Source: a virus | Taxonomy: Duplodnaviria > Caudoviricetes | Length of the DNA stretch: 56,591 nt | IMG/VR virus record: IMGVR_UViG_3300027861_000038 | Location: 1-56,591 of that record | Reading direction: 5' to 3' (one strand) | Shown here: piece by piece, positions 1 to 10,657 of the stretch | Layout of the letters: each line of letters starts with the position of its first letter | How positions within the stretch are numbered: the first letter of the stretch is position 1 | The notes under the pieces: model-generated | Database searches by the model: none | Told to the model about the DNA's origin: nothing | The model's input: the letters and a program-made list of their open reading frames with translations, nothing else | Position numbers and translations under genes: made by a program

Positions 1-70
1 AAGGTTTTAGTCGGTGCTTCCGTAAAAAAAAAGGCAGTATGGAATCATTCTTGGTGGATGGTTCTTTGGA
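1..70. repeat. Left copy of terminal overlap (near-identical to 56521-56591)
   Basis: aaggttttagtcggtgcttccgta(A)n ggcagtatggaatcattcttggtggatggt occurs at both window ends. The A-run is 9 nt here and 10 nt at the right end, and there are 2 substitutions near the end. Confidence 0.95.
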
Positions 71-3000
71 GCCTCAAGAATCTGATGCTGAGGTTAAAAA
101 CTTAGAGTCATTCCTTACTGAGCAATTAGAGGAGACACCAACACAAGAAGTACAACCTAAGTATTATGAAGAGGTAGAGGCTCCGAGCGAAGCTCAGATA
201 CAGGATGCTGCTCAAGCTGACGAGGAGGCTGAAAGGCAATCTCAAGTAAGGGAATTAGGAGGGATTGAAAAGGTAACACAATTTGATGAGGTATACGATG
301 ACCCTGAAACTCAATTTGAAATAAACCTTGAGAACATAACCCCTGAACTTGTAGAGGGTTCAGAGGAAAAAGTTGTCCCATTTCTTAATGAAATATTTGA
401 ACAAGAGGGATTTAAGTTTGAAGAGGTTAGCCCTCTTTCAGACCAAATGTTGGTATACCCTCCCGGTGGAGGAGCACCTAAGCTATTTGAATTAGATGCC
501 AATACAGAGATTGAAGAGAAGTTTTTAAATAAAGGTCTCTATAATCCAAGGTATGCACGTAGAGTTAATCCAACTCTAAGTAAGAATATCGCAAAAGAGC
601 TAAAAAAATTCATTACCGATAACAGAGAAGAGGTCGTACCTGAAGGGGAAGGTAAAATGTTTATGACCGATGCTCGAAGAAAAAATGCAATTAAAGCAAA
701 TAAAGATAGGGAAGCCCGATATAAAAACAATACAAAAGAATACAAGGAGCTAAATGCTTCAATAGAAAAAGATGCCGAGGTATTTAGAGATTTATCTAAG
801 GAAGATATAAACGCAGACCCTGAGACGAGAGAACGATACGAATCTTATATAGATAATATAAAAACCGCAGAGATACAAAGGGAAGCTCTAATTGAAGAGA
901 CTAAGATATTAGCAGAGAAAGGTGTAGAGCTTGACGTTATAGCAGCCAACTCAGCAGAGGCACAGGCTCTTAGAGGAGATTGGCTTGGTGGTCTATACAA
1001 TTCGTTCCTTGGTGGTGTCGGAGATATAGGAGCAGGACTTGCAGGTACAGGCATAGACATAGCAACCAACTTTCAAAAGAATGCAGGCTCAGGTCTTAGC
1101 GATGAGCAGTTTAAAAAAGAGATAATAAGGGTATCTAAAGAGAATGATATAGAGCTTCCTGAGAACGCAGAGGAGATGACCTTAGAGGGATTAGAGAAGG
1201 CTATGGGTGGCAGGGCTTACTCAAGAGCACCTGAAACATACAATGAGCCTACACCATACCTGCAAGCATTTAATAAGGTACTTGATATATCTCGAAAAGG
1301 GAAAAAATATTTTGATGACTATGAGGGTGCAAAAAAAGGTAGGGCGAGAAGTGTATTCTCACGTACAGCAGACTATGCAGACTTAGGTGAGGGCACACTA
1401 AGTGCTATTAGAAAATCAGTAGTAGACGCATTAGGAGATAAGAACACTACAGAGCAATGGGCTGAACTAAAGTCAGAGGGATTCCTTGGTGGAGCTGTAT
1501 TAGGTCTGTCAAGAAGTCTTCCTGCTATGTCGGCTGCACTATTAGGTGGTGTACCGGGCGTATTAGCGTTAGCAGCACAGGCATCTGACTCCATATATAA
1601 AGAGATGGAGAATGACCCTGACTTTGCTGATATATCAGAATCTGAAAAAATGAAGGTGGCATTGCCAATAGCCTTAACGGTTGGTGTACTTGAGAGGGTA
1701 GGTCTTAGAAATGCTATCAGGGGTACAGGTATGCTAAACAAACTTGTATCGAAAGCTATAGGAAAGTCCACAGCAAGGACTACAGCCAAAGAGTTCACGG
1801 ACCTTGTAGAGACAGAGATAGCGAGTGGTGTTGCAAAAGGTCTGATAAGAGCAGGTGCAGCAGGTGCAGCAGAGTTCGAGACAGGATTCCTTCAGGAGAT
1901 AGCAGACGTAACTGTAAAGGATATGTATAATGAATCAAAGGGAAAGAAAATGTTTGACACCCCTGATACATTTGTAGATATGATTTCAGATGCTGCATAT
2001 GCAGGAGCACAGGAGGCAGTAGGTGGCTTTATATTAGGCAGCCCAAGGGCGGTACAGTCAGCAATATCAGGTAACACAGTATTATCTGATGAAGAGTTTC
2101 AATCATTAGAGGCGTTTGTACAAAATCCTGAACTACTTAATGTATATAAAGACAAACTTAAGTCAAAGGTAGCGAGTGGTCTTATGACTTTAAAAGGTGC
2201 TAATAATGAACTTACATCTTTAAAAACAGGGTTAGGTATAATAAGAGATACTGAAGCATTTTTCACAGGAGACGTACCTGTATCAGAAAAATCAGAGGCG
2301 TTCACTCTTGTTAGTAGAAAGAAACAATTACAGCAAGAGATAGAAGGAGCTGACCCTGAGTTGGTTACACCACAGCGAGAAGAACTTAAGAAAGTAAACG
2401 AGAGACTAACAGAAATTTCAAAAATAGATGCCATTCAAGAGCAAAGCACAGAGACGGTGGATGCACAAGAACCTGCCGAAAGTAGCCCAACAATGGGAGA
2501 TACAGTATCCGAAACAGAGACCATTACCGAACCGACTGAAGTCGACAAAGCTAAAGTCGAGGAAGAAGTAGCTTATATAGAAAGAAGGAGAGAGGAAGAG
2601 TTAAACTTAGAAAAACCTTTCAAACAAAAAAATGATGGGAGTGGTTTAGTTGAAATTAAAACAACTGTTACAGAAGAAGATGGTATTAAAAAAACTACAT
2701 TTAAAACAAAAACTACTAATAGAAAAGGAGAATCAAGAGAACTATTCGATAAGGGTTATAATACTATTGATGATTTATTTGAAGATTTAGGTTTTGAAGA
2801 AACTTATGAAGGAGAAGAAAAAGTATTAAGAGATTTAGCACAAGAAGGCAGAATAGCTGTAAAAGAAGTTAGAGAAATTAATGGTGTTTCAGTAGCTTCT
2901 ATTGAAATTGCAGGAAGTGTTCTTGATGTTAGTTTAAATAAAAGAAATAAAGACAACGCTAAATATGATGCTGAAATAGCAGAGGTTAGAGCTGCACAGC

Positions 3001-6000
3001 AAGTCGAGGAAGAGGCAACAACAGAACAAGAGGTAGAAGACTTTGAGGCGTTTATAGAAAGTGATAATGCACAGTTCCAATTGTCTCAGGGTACTACAGA
3101 TGAGAAGACAAAAAAGAAACAGACAAGAGAGGCGTTAAAGGTATTCAAAGAATTAGATAATCAGCCATTAGCTGAAGACGCTGTAGAAGTAGAGCAGCCT
3201 GATGTGGCTACAACACCGGTTAAGGTTGAGGATAACAATAGGCTTGCTAATAAGATTAAAAGGTTTAAGATGATTGATATCATAGGCAGGAAGCTAAACC
3301 TATTAATGGCTGATAAACTAAAAGTAGAACTAAAAGACCCAACGAAGCCATACAGTAAAGAAACCAATCCATATAAAATGATGGGAGGAAACTTCTTTCC
3401 GTTGATGGAAGATATGTTTGGTAAGATTGCGTGGGCATCAATCACAGATGCAGCGACAACAAAGATAATAAAGGGTGCGATGGACGGAGACTACTCTGTG
3501 GTCTACAATATGGGCAACGGTGGTATTATGTCAAATATTATCATAGCTGAGATGTTGGACGAGAAGATACCTGAAGGCAGAAAGGCAGAGTTTTATGAGC
3601 TTATCAAAGACAGGGTTAATGAATCAGGTTTGAAAGACGTTAAGCCTGCAAAAAAACACATAAAGGATAGTACCGATATGAACTCATTCTTTAAGCTATT
3701 ACAAGAAGAGAAGGTAGAGACAAGGGCTGCTGTTATGGAACTTATACTACCTGAAGACTTAGATATAAAGTCAAAGAGCACATTAGAGCAGGAACTACAG
3801 GGGCTTGGCATATCAAGAGATAGTCTAATCGAGGAGACGAGCGAGAGCTTTGCTAAGGACTTACCTACAGGTGCTATCACTATGGTGCTTGAGATTACAA
3901 ATAAGGATGGTATCAAGGTTAGCGAGCTAAAAAAGCAGCTTGATAAAAAACTTAAAAACAAAGAGATAACAGAAAATCAGTACGACAAGGGTATAGAAGA
4001 TATCATAGCGTCTGCAAAGATGACACAAGAGCAGCAAGAGGCTGAGGGTATACCAATCCATAATAACTACCCGTACTATATTAGAGGTAGGGCAGTTGCA
4101 ATGATGGAAGAGACTGTGCCATTCTACAAAGTGATTAAACAATACTCTGATACCCTTCAGGAAAGAGTATTAGGTAGAGACAAGAAGAAGGCAAGAGGAA
4201 TAAAAGAGGGTCTCAAAGATTTTGAGGAAAGAGTATACACCATTATTAACAAAGCTAAGGGAGATAAGGTATCAACAGTAGACAAAAAGGCTGCGATACA
4301 AGAGGTACTTGATTCAGAGGATTTCAAAAAATTAAAAGTTAAGGACAGGAAAGTAATCAAGCCGCTATTAGAGCAGGCTTTGGAATTAAATAGCAAGTCA
4401 AAGATAACCGAGGTGCTTGCAGTAGCAGAGACTCCTTTAGCTAAGATGAGGAGATATAGTGCAGCCGAGGCACAGGCTGCCGCAATGACTTCAGCTATGA
4501 CAACAAGTAGCACAGCGTATGCGATATCTGATTATGTGGCATCTGATTATGAAATATTCTTAAATAGGATTAGCAAGTCATTCCCCAATGTAGAAGTTGT
4601 AAGCACACAAGAAGAGTTTGACGCACTAATTGAAGACGTATATGCTAAGAGTCTGTCAACTAAAAACCAAACTATATATGGTGCTGTATACAGGGGCAAG
4701 CTATATCTAAACCCAAGACAAAGAAACTTCAATACTCCTATACACGAGTATGGGCATATATGGCTTAACACAGCGAAGCAGGAAAGACCTGACCTATACA
4801 AAAAAGGTATGGAGCTTATAACCAAGGACAACGCCTATATAGAACAGATTAAAAATAATCCTGACTACATCCGTGTTGTGAAGCAAATGAAGAAGGGTGG
4901 TGCTACAGATGCTGAGATAGATAGCTACATAAAAGAAGAGGCATTAGCTACAGCCATAGGAGATAAGGGTGAGGCATTCGTTAACGCATCTGTAAAGAGA
5001 AACTTCAAAGAGTGGCTTACTGATTTATTTAAAAACATTCAGAAGTTATTTGGTATATCTACATATACATCAGAGCAACTTCAGGATATCACGTTAGATG
5101 AGTTCTTACAGGGGATTACAGTAGACATACTATCAGGCAAGGAGGTGTTTAAAGATGCGAGTACCAAAGCGTTTTCAGATGCATTGCAGTTGATGACATC
5201 TACCGAGACAAAGGGATTAACCCCAACACAGATAATCCAAGTAGGTAGGGACAACAACTTTAAGGATAGCACTATTAAAGATTATTTAGTAAGGATTAAG
5301 GGCAATAAAGTCAAGGATATAGATGCACTACTAAGCACACCTGTAGACTTATTTTCTGATAAGTTCCCTGAGAGTTTTAATAATATCGAGGGCGGTGCAG
5401 CAAAAGGTACAAGGCTATATGACAGAGTAAATAAATTTGCCAATAAGCTTATACAGAAAAACAATAAGAACACAAGGCTAACAGACTTAGAGTTAAATGC
5501 TAAGGTAGAGGAGTTCGCAAGAGAACAGAAGAAAGACTACATTACTAATAGTCAGCTAAATGATAAGGTAAGAGAGTTTAGAGAAACACTTGAGGCAAAA
5601 AATTCAAAGCGTAAGAAGCCACTAACTGCTTCGCAGATAAACGCTAAGGTAAAAGATTTCAGAGAGTCTGAGATAATAGCAAGGGAAGAGACGAACAGTA
5701 TCATCCAAGAAAATATTACAGAGTTTAAAGACAACCTAACTGAGTCTAATAATAGAAAGGCTCCACTACTTTCAAAGCAGGATATTGTAGATAAGACAAT
5801 AGAGTTCTTAGAGGCACAGCCTGAGTATATAGCCGAGGCTGATACATATACAGTAGGTAGCGAGAAGAAGGGAACCAAGGAGACAAAGAGACGAAAGGGT
5901 TTATCCACACAGCAGGCATCTATGTTAAGCGACTTGCAGAAAGTTATTGGTATTAGACCATCACAGGATATGGCAGCTAAAATCAGTAAGGCTCGAAGGA

Positions 6001-9000
6001 TGATTACGCAAAGGAAAAAAGGTGCAAGAGATTTAAACGCAATAAAAACAGAGCTAAGGAACTTTATCAGGAAGACTATACCAAAAGCCACGTACACTAA
6101 ACCTGAAGTGATAAACTTAATTAGAAAGGTTAGCATTGCGAATGAGGCAAACATTGATAATATATATAATGAGGTATTAGAGTTTACAACGAAGAAGAAT
6201 GTAGAGATACTATCTAAAAATATTAATAAGATTTTAAGTGAGACATTCACTAAGGTTGAAAGCGGTAGGCTCAAAGGTGTAAAGATTGATGTCGCAAGCA
6301 AGGAGAGAATTGATGCAATCAAGAAGATGTTAGCTACTGAAGAGATGAGTGCTGAAGATATTCTTAATGCTAATGTCCTGCTAATGGCAGAGTATGTTGA
6401 ATTGCAACAAAATCCTGAGCCGACTATTGAGAGTCAATCCAAGATGTCAGACATTCAGATAGCAATGGAATACAATAACTCATTGCTAATGGAAGATACC
6501 GATATAAACAAGGTTACCTCTTTGGATTTAGTAAGCACATCTCTTGACGAGCTAATACAGGATGGTGTTACAAGATTAGATAGAGAGCTACAGATGGCTT
6601 CTCAAAAATACAAGGAGACATTTGAGTATATATATGAGGATGTTGTTGGGGAGCGTATTGATATGGACTCTCCTGATGCCAAGACAAGATTAGACAAGGC
6701 AAAAAGAAACAGAGCCACTCAGGCTGAGAGGGAGAGAGTTGCCGGCAATATCAAACGTGCGTTGAACATTATAGGTAGAGGTATATCTAATGTCTTTACA
6801 TCTGCCGAAGCACTCGATGGATTGATGGATAAGATTTCGTCACTACCGGGAGAGATGTTTGGTGGCAGGACTCAGGAGATAGTTACAGATAGGATTGATG
6901 CCGCATCAAGAGAGTTCAAGGGTAGGAAGATGTATGTAAGTGAGAGAATCAGAAAAGAACTTGAAGAAATCTATGGTAAGAAATGGAAGGAAGAGGCAAT
7001 AAAAAACACAAAGACAATTGGTACTGAGATATATAGGGATACACAAGAGATAGCTGATGCAAAGAAAGCATACGAAGCAAATCCTAATAGTGCTACAAAG
7101 GAAAGTTTAGCTAACGCCATATTAAACAATGAATTAATCTTGAGTCCGAATCAGATGTACTATTACTACAATCAATTCAAAGACCCTGCAAACCTTGGAG
7201 CATTCTCAAATATGTTTTCTCTTGAGAGCATTAGTAAGAATGATACACAAGAAGAGAAAGACCGCAAGAATAAAATAAATGAGGCGAACGCTAAGAGGGT
7301 AATGGATGAGGTTACATCTAAGCTGACTCCTGAATTAAAAACATTTGCTGATTGGCAGGTGAATGAGTTTTTCCCTGAGCTGTATGAGAGATATAATCCT
7401 GTATATAAAAAGATATACAGGACCAATATGCCTTGGAATGAGTTCTATGCAGGTATAATATACAGACAGGGAGTTGAGCTTGAGCCAATGGATTTACTCG
7501 CAGGATTAAATAGCTCATCTATGTCAGCAGTTACAGCAGCATCAAGCAAGATAAGGAAAGCTAACAATTTAGAGATAGCTAAGACGGATGGTACGAATGC
7601 ATTAGCAAACTACCTTGAGGATATGGAATACTTTGCAGCATATGCAGAGGTTATAAGAGATGTTAATAAGCTATTTACTAACGAGTATATTTCTGATGCC
7701 ATAACAAGTATGCACGGGAAGACTACAATGAATCTAATAAACGATTCTATTAAGAAGATAGCAAACAGAGGTGTGGCTAATACAACAGCAGACAGCCTTG
7801 TTAATGGTATGAACACCATATTTGCTACATCAAGAATTGGATTGAGTCCTGTTATTGCAGTTAAGCAGTTGACATCTGTATTCACATTTGCTAATGATAT
7901 TGGTATAGGTAATTGGGTAAGCTATGCAGGCAAGAGTATACCTGAGATATCAAAGACTTGGAAGGAAATAGTTGAAAACTCTATATACCTAAAAGATAGA
8001 TATGGCGAACAGATATTAAGAAATATAGAGAGCTATAGTGAGTCGTCAATGAAAGATTTTGTGCCAAACCCTACTAAAGAATTCATTATGAATGTCATAC
8101 TATACAATGTTAAGTGGGGAGATAGGACTGCTATTATGGTAGGTGGTATGCCTAACTATAATTTCTACAAGGCACAGTATAAAAAGAATAATCCCAACGC
8201 TACCGAACAGGATGCTATTGACTATGCCATAGTAAAGTTTGAAAGGGATACAAAGAGAACGCAGCAATCAGGTGACCTTCCTGATAAAGATGTATTTCAA
8301 ACAGGAAGCCCACTTGTAAGGGCAGCGAATATGTTCTTGACAACACCAAAGCAGTATCTAAGAAAAGAGATACAGGCAGTAAGGAATCTTAGCAGGAAGG
8401 TTTCACAATGGGATAAAAATGCAGGTAAGGGTACGGTAACAGAGAACATAAGAACCTTTCTTATGTACCACATATTTATGCCTGTGCTATTCCAATATAT
8501 ATCCGCAGGGCTACCGGGATTGTTTGCTGATTGGGAGGATGAAGATGAGCAAGACTTATTGAGAGCAGGGATACTTGGTAACCTTAATGCATTGTTTATA
8601 ATAGGTGAGGTTATTACAGGCATTGGAGATTATCTTACTCATAAGCCGTGGGCAGGTGAAGGTACTAAGTCAGTTGGTTTACTAAACCTCTCATCACAAT
8701 TGTTTAAAAAAGCAAAGAAGGCAAGAGATGCAAAAGACCTTGAGAAGAAATCTAAATATTGGAATGACTTTATCTTTGAGTCTGCAACAATAACGGGTCT
8801 ACCTGTACCAACATTAACGAGATTGTTTGAAAACATAACAGACATAGGAAGCGATAATGATATGGGTAAGGATGTCTTGAGACTTTTAAACTTTTCTAAA
8901 TACCAAATAGATGGTCCGACTAAGACTAAGGCTAAGGCTAAGACTAAGGCTAAGGATGATAGTGTAAGCACTACACCGGGATACTTTAGGAGGGGTGCTA

Positions 9001-9053
9001 AAAAGAAGAGACGTTCACGAAAGAGGTCTTCAGGTGGGCGAAGATTTTTTTAG
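39..9053 (+). CDS. Giant virion/ejection-type polyvalent protein with zincin-like HExxH domain; true start probably 56356, across the junction
   Basis: 3004 aa ORF, last of three putative internal-virion genes after the tail module. It has TPIHEYGHIW (4743-4757), an acidic N-terminus, Gly/Ala-rich hydrophobic segments and an Arg/Lys-rich C-terminus. Confidence 0.75.
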   Translation: MESFLVDGSLEPQESDAEVKNLESFLTEQLEETPTQEVQPKYYEEVEAPSEAQIQDAAQADEEAERQSQVRELGGIEKVTQFDEVYDDPETQFEINLENITPELVEGSEEKVVPFLNEIFEQEGFKFEEVSPLSDQMLVYPPGGGAPKLFELDANTEIEEKFLNKGLYNPRYARRVNPTLSKNIAKELKKFITDNREEVVPEGEGKMFMTDARRKNAIKANKDREARYKNNTKEYKELNASIEKDAEVFRDLSKEDINADPETRERYESYIDNIKTAEIQREALIEETKILAEKGVELDVIAANSAEAQALRGDWLGGLYNSFLGGVGDIGAGLAGTGIDIATNFQKNAGSGLSDEQFKKEIIRVSKENDIELPENAEEMTLEGLEKAMGGRAYSRAPETYNEPTPYLQAFNKVLDISRKGKKYFDDYEGAKKGRARSVFSRTADYADLGEGTLSAIRKSVVDALGDKNTTEQWAELKSEGFLGGAVLGLSRSLPAMSAALLGGVPGVLALAAQASDSIYKEMENDPDFADISESEKMKVALPIALTVGVLERVGLRNAIRGTGMLNKLVSKAIGKSTARTTAKEFTDLVETEIASGVAKGLIRAGAAGAAEFETGFLQEIADVTVKDMYNESKGKKMFDTPDTFVDMISDAAYAGAQEAVGGFILGSPRAVQSAISGNTVLSDEEFQSLEAFVQNPELLNVYKDKLKSKVASGLMTLKGANNELTSLKTGLGIIRDTEAFFTGDVPVSEKSEAFTLVSRKKQLQQEIEGADPELVTPQREELKKVNERLTEISKIDAIQEQSTETVDAQEPAESSPTMGDTVSETETITEPTEVDKAKVEEEVAYIERRREEELNLEKPFKQKNDGSGLVEIKTTVTEEDGIKKTTFKTKTTNRKGESRELFDKGYNTIDDLFEDLGFEETYEGEEKVLRDLAQEGRIAVKEVREINGVSVASIEIAGSVLDVSLNKRNKDNAKYDAEIAEVRAAQQVEEEATTEQEVEDFEAFIESDNAQFQLSQGTTDEKTKKKQTREALKVFKELDNQPLAEDAVEVEQPDVATTPVKVEDNNRLANKIKRFKMIDIIGRKLNLLMADKLKVELKDPTKPYSKETNPYKMMGGNFFPLMEDMFGKIAWASITDAATTKIIKGAMDGDYSVVYNMGNGGIMSNIIIAEMLDEKIPEGRKAEFYELIKDRVNESGLKDVKPAKKHIKDSTDMNSFFKLLQEEKVETRAAVMELILPEDLDIKSKSTLEQELQGLGISRDSLIEETSESFAKDLPTGAITMVLEITNKDGIKVSELKKQLDKKLKNKEITENQYDKGIEDIIASAKMTQEQQEAEGIPIHNNYPYYIRGRAVAMMEETVPFYKVIKQYSDTLQERVLGRDKKKARGIKEGLKDFEERVYTIINKAKGDKVSTVDKKAAIQEVLDSEDFKKLKVKDRKVIKPLLEQALELNSKSKITEVLAVAETPLAKMRRYSAAEAQAAAMTSAMTTSSTAYAISDYVASDYEIFLNRISKSFPNVEVVSTQEEFDALIEDVYAKSLSTKNQTIYGAVYRGKLYLNPRQRNFNTPIHEYGHIWLNTAKQERPDLYKKGMELITKDNAYIEQIKNNPDYIRVVKQMKKGGATDAEIDSYIKEEALATAIGDKGEAFVNASVKRNFKEWLTDLFKNIQKLFGISTYTSEQLQDITLDEFLQGITVDILSGKEVFKDASTKAFSDALQLMTSTETKGLTPTQIIQVGRDNNFKDSTIKDYLVRIKGNKVKDIDALLSTPVDLFSDKFPESFNNIEGGAAKGTRLYDRVNKFANKLIQKNNKNTRLTDLELNAKVEEFAREQKKDYITNSQLNDKVREFRETLEAKNSKRKKPLTASQINAKVKDFRESEIIAREETNSIIQENITEFKDNLTESNNRKAPLLSKQDIVDKTIEFLEAQPEYIAEADTYTVGSEKKGTKETKRRKGLSTQQASMLSDLQKVIGIRPSQDMAAKISKARRMITQRKKGARDLNAIKTELRNFIRKTIPKATYTKPEVINLIRKVSIANEANIDNIYNEVLEFTTKKNVEILSKNINKILSETFTKVESGRLKGVKIDVASKERIDAIKKMLATEEMSAEDILNANVLLMAEYVELQQNPEPTIESQSKMSDIQIAMEYNNSLLMEDTDINKVTSLDLVSTSLDELIQDGVTRLDRELQMASQKYKETFEYIYEDVVGERIDMDSPDAKTRLDKAKRNRATQAERERVAGNIKRALNIIGRGISNVFTSAEALDGLMDKISSLPGEMFGGRTQEIVTDRIDAASREFKGRKMYVSERIRKELEEIYGKKWKEEAIKNTKTIGTEIYRDTQEIADAKKAYEANPNSATKESLANAILNNELILSPNQMYYYYNQFKDPANLGAFSNMFSLESISKNDTQEEKDRKNKINEANAKRVMDEVTSKLTPELKTFADWQVNEFFPELYERYNPVYKKIYRTNMPWNEFYAGIIYRQGVELEPMDLLAGLNSSSMSAVTAASSKIRKANNLEIAKTDGTNALANYLEDMEYFAAYAEVIRDVNKLFTNEYISDAITSMHGKTTMNLINDSIKKIANRGVANTTADSLVNGMNTIFATSRIGLSPVIAVKQLTSVFTFANDIGIGNWVSYAGKSIPEISKTWKEIVENSIYLKDRYGEQILRNIESYSESSMKDFVPNPTKEFIMNVILYNVKWGDRTAIMVGGMPNYNFYKAQYKKNNPNATEQDAIDYAIVKFERDTKRTQQSGDLPDKDVFQTGSPLVRAANMFLTTPKQYLRKEIQAVRNLSRKVSQWDKNAGKGTVTENIRTFLMYHIFMPVLFQYISAGLPGLFADWEDEDEQDLLRAGILGNLNALFIIGEVITGIGDYLTHKPWAGEGTKSVGLLNLSSQLFKKAKKARDAKDLEKKSKYWNDFIFESATITGLPVPTLTRLFENITDIGSDNDMGKDVLRLLNFSKYQIDGPTKTKAKAKTKAKDDSVSTTPGYFRRGAKKKRRSRKRSSGGRRFF

Positions 9054-9054
9054 A

Positions 9055-9153
9055 TTAGAGACTTGTAACTACCCTATACAGAACATACAGTAGCATTGAG
9101 TTTAATGCCAATGCTGCTGTAAATTCTAAGTATTTTTTTTGATTGCTGTTCAT
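9055..9153 (-). CDS. Possible 32-aa membrane peptide (MNSNQKKYLEFTAALALNSMLLYVLYRVVTSL)
   Basis: Hand translation. It fills the gap between converging genes and has one hydrophobic helix. Confidence 0.35.
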   Translation of the reverse strand: MNSNQKKYLEFTAALALNSMLLYVLYRVVTSL

Positions 9154-9157
9154 TGTA

Positions 9158-9568
9158 TTAAGTTAGTTTAACGCCCTTAGATATGTCGAGGTATCCTATC
9201 TCCTTGGAGATATTATTCCTTCCATTAAAATCAGTATGCCTTGGTAGGTCTTTCATCTCCCACTCAACATCTCCATACTTTAGTAAGTAGAAAGCCCACA
9301 CCCCTTCAGGTGTAGAGTTTATGTATACGGGTCTTGTGCTATTCTCTTTAGCCCTCTTCATTAGTGCATCATACTTTTTCTTCTCAATGATTAGACCATC
9401 GTAGTGCTTTCGTCTGCACTTCAACTCAATGTCCATCTCGTATGCCTTTGATATGCAATCGTGACGAGACATCTCATCATCAGACTTCTCTAAGTCTTCA
9501 ACAAAGTATTCCTTTAGAAAGTCGAACAGCTCTTGCTCCTTGAAAAAAAAATTGTAGTTATATTTCAT
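9158..9568 (-). CDS. PD-(D/E)XK-family nuclease
   Basis: HDC...DIELKCR resembles the D...(D/E)xK catalytic motif. Confidence 0.55.
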   Translation of the reverse strand: MKYNYNFFFKEQELFDFLKEYFVEDLEKSDDEMSRHDCISKAYEMDIELKCRRKHYDGLIIEKKKYDALMKRAKENSTRPVYINSTPEGVWAFYLLKYGDVEWEMKDLPRHTDFNGRNNISKEIGYLDISKGVKLT

Positions 9569-9749
9569 CTTCTAATGAAGACTCAATCTCCCTGAGAAAA
9601 GAGATTAAGTCTTTTAGTTCTTTCTTTAGTGGCTTAAATTCTCGGTCAACTAAAGACTCGTATATAACATTAGAAGAGTCGTTGATTGTGTCCATCAGAT
9701 AGTTAATGTGAGCTATTCTCTCTCTGTCGTATGCTGATGGTTTTGCCAT
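9558..9749 (-). CDS. Hypothetical protein
   Basis: 63 aa ORF tightly packed in the operon. Confidence 0.65.
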   Translation of the reverse strand: MAKPSAYDRERIAHINYLMDTINDSSNVIYESLVDREFKPLKKELKDLISFLREIESSLEDEI

Positions 9750-9753
9750 TGTG

Positions 9754-10311
9754 TTATTGTAATCCGTTATAGAAATGAGTTAGCTTCTTCAGAACCCCAT
9801 CTTCTGCCCCAATTCGAGTTCGCTCTTGTATAAGTTTAAATATATCTTGGAGCCTGCCCTTTGTCTTGTAAGATGATTCAATGCTATCCTTTAATTGTTT
9901 CTGCTCGGAATATAATTCATTTATTTTGTTTTGCAAAAAAAAGATTTCCTTAGTTAACTCTGAATTTGTAAATTCAAATATGTGACCCAAGTCATTTACG
10001 AACGATTTCCTAACAACAGCGTAGTCTTCGCTCAATGCCTTGTCTGTTTTCAAGTACCACTCAAATGTTTTTAAGTAGTGGATAATACTTGTGTGGTCTT
10101 TCTTTAGGAACCTTCCTATCTCTGATGGTCCGTATCCTTTCTCGTGCATTATGTAGGAGAACATCATACGTGCCTCTACCTTTTCTTTTGTTCGGGACTT
10201 ATCTTTTATTACATCCACGCCTAAGTGGTGTTGGATAATGTCCTTCAATGCGTTCATTCTTACTGAGTTCTGTGTCTCTTTAGCTGTCTGTGTCTGTGTT
10301 TGTGTTGTCAT
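9754..10311 (-). CDS. DnaA C-terminal (domain IV)-like HTH protein with coiled-coil tail
   Basis: SRTKEKVEARMMFSYIM...SEIGRFLKKDHTSIIHY resembles the DnaA domain IV pattern R...AR.....Y...IG......DHTTV.H. Confidence 0.7.
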   Translation of the reverse strand: MTTQTQTQTAKETQNSVRMNALKDIIQHHLGVDVIKDKSRTKEKVEARMMFSYIMHEKGYGPSEIGRFLKKDHTSIIHYLKTFEWYLKTDKALSEDYAVVRKSFVNDLGHIFEFTNSELTKEIFFLQNKINELYSEQKQLKDSIESSYKTKGRLQDIFKLIQERTRIGAEDGVLKKLTHFYNGLQ

Positions 10312-10657
10312 ATTTTTTTTTATTTAAGTAAAATTGTATTGATTTATTTAAGTTAACGTAATCTAAGTATGTGTCTGAGTCAATAGACTCAAAGTCAAGT
10401 AGCAATGGTAGTTCCCCTGCCGTGTTTAAAAATTCTATACGAAAGAATAATGGAGACTTTCCCTTTACCACACCAACCATCTGCTGTGCCCATCTATCCT
10501 CTATCGGTAGGTAGTCTGTAACCTCAACAAGCTGTGTGAGTATATCGTCTGAGTAGTCTGTGAAATCAGATAGGGCTTCAAAGAACCACCCATCCATCTC
10601 AAGTCTTCCTACTATTGGATGCTCATCACCCTCTGTATACCTCTGTTCTGAATCCAT
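10280..10657 (-). CDS. Hypothetical acidic protein (start may be 10597)
   Basis: ORF track and operon context. Confidence 0.6.
   Translation of the reverse strand: MDSEQRYTEGDEHPIVGRLEMDGWFFEALSDFTDYSDDILTQLVEVTDYLPIEDRWAQQMVGVVKGKSPLFFRIEFLNTAGELPLLLDFESIDSDTYLDYVNLNKSIQFYLNKKKYDNTNTDTDS

Noticed and set aside
8920-8953. CTAAGG/CTAAGA short tandem repeat
   Set aside because: It encodes the low-complexity KTKAKAKTKAK linker and is explained by the protein.
157-8971. Many antisense ORFs inside the giant gene, and similar shadow ORFs across the genome
   Set aside because: They lie wholly opposite long real genes, have S/L/F-rich shadow composition, and lack start context.
39-9053. Virion RNA polymerase (N4- or crAss-like) using the hairpins as promoters
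   Set aside because: I saw no DxDxD/DFDID-type or T7-like RNAP motifs, host-type promoters are present, and the wobble pattern favours folding of the coding strand. A structure search could still overturn this.
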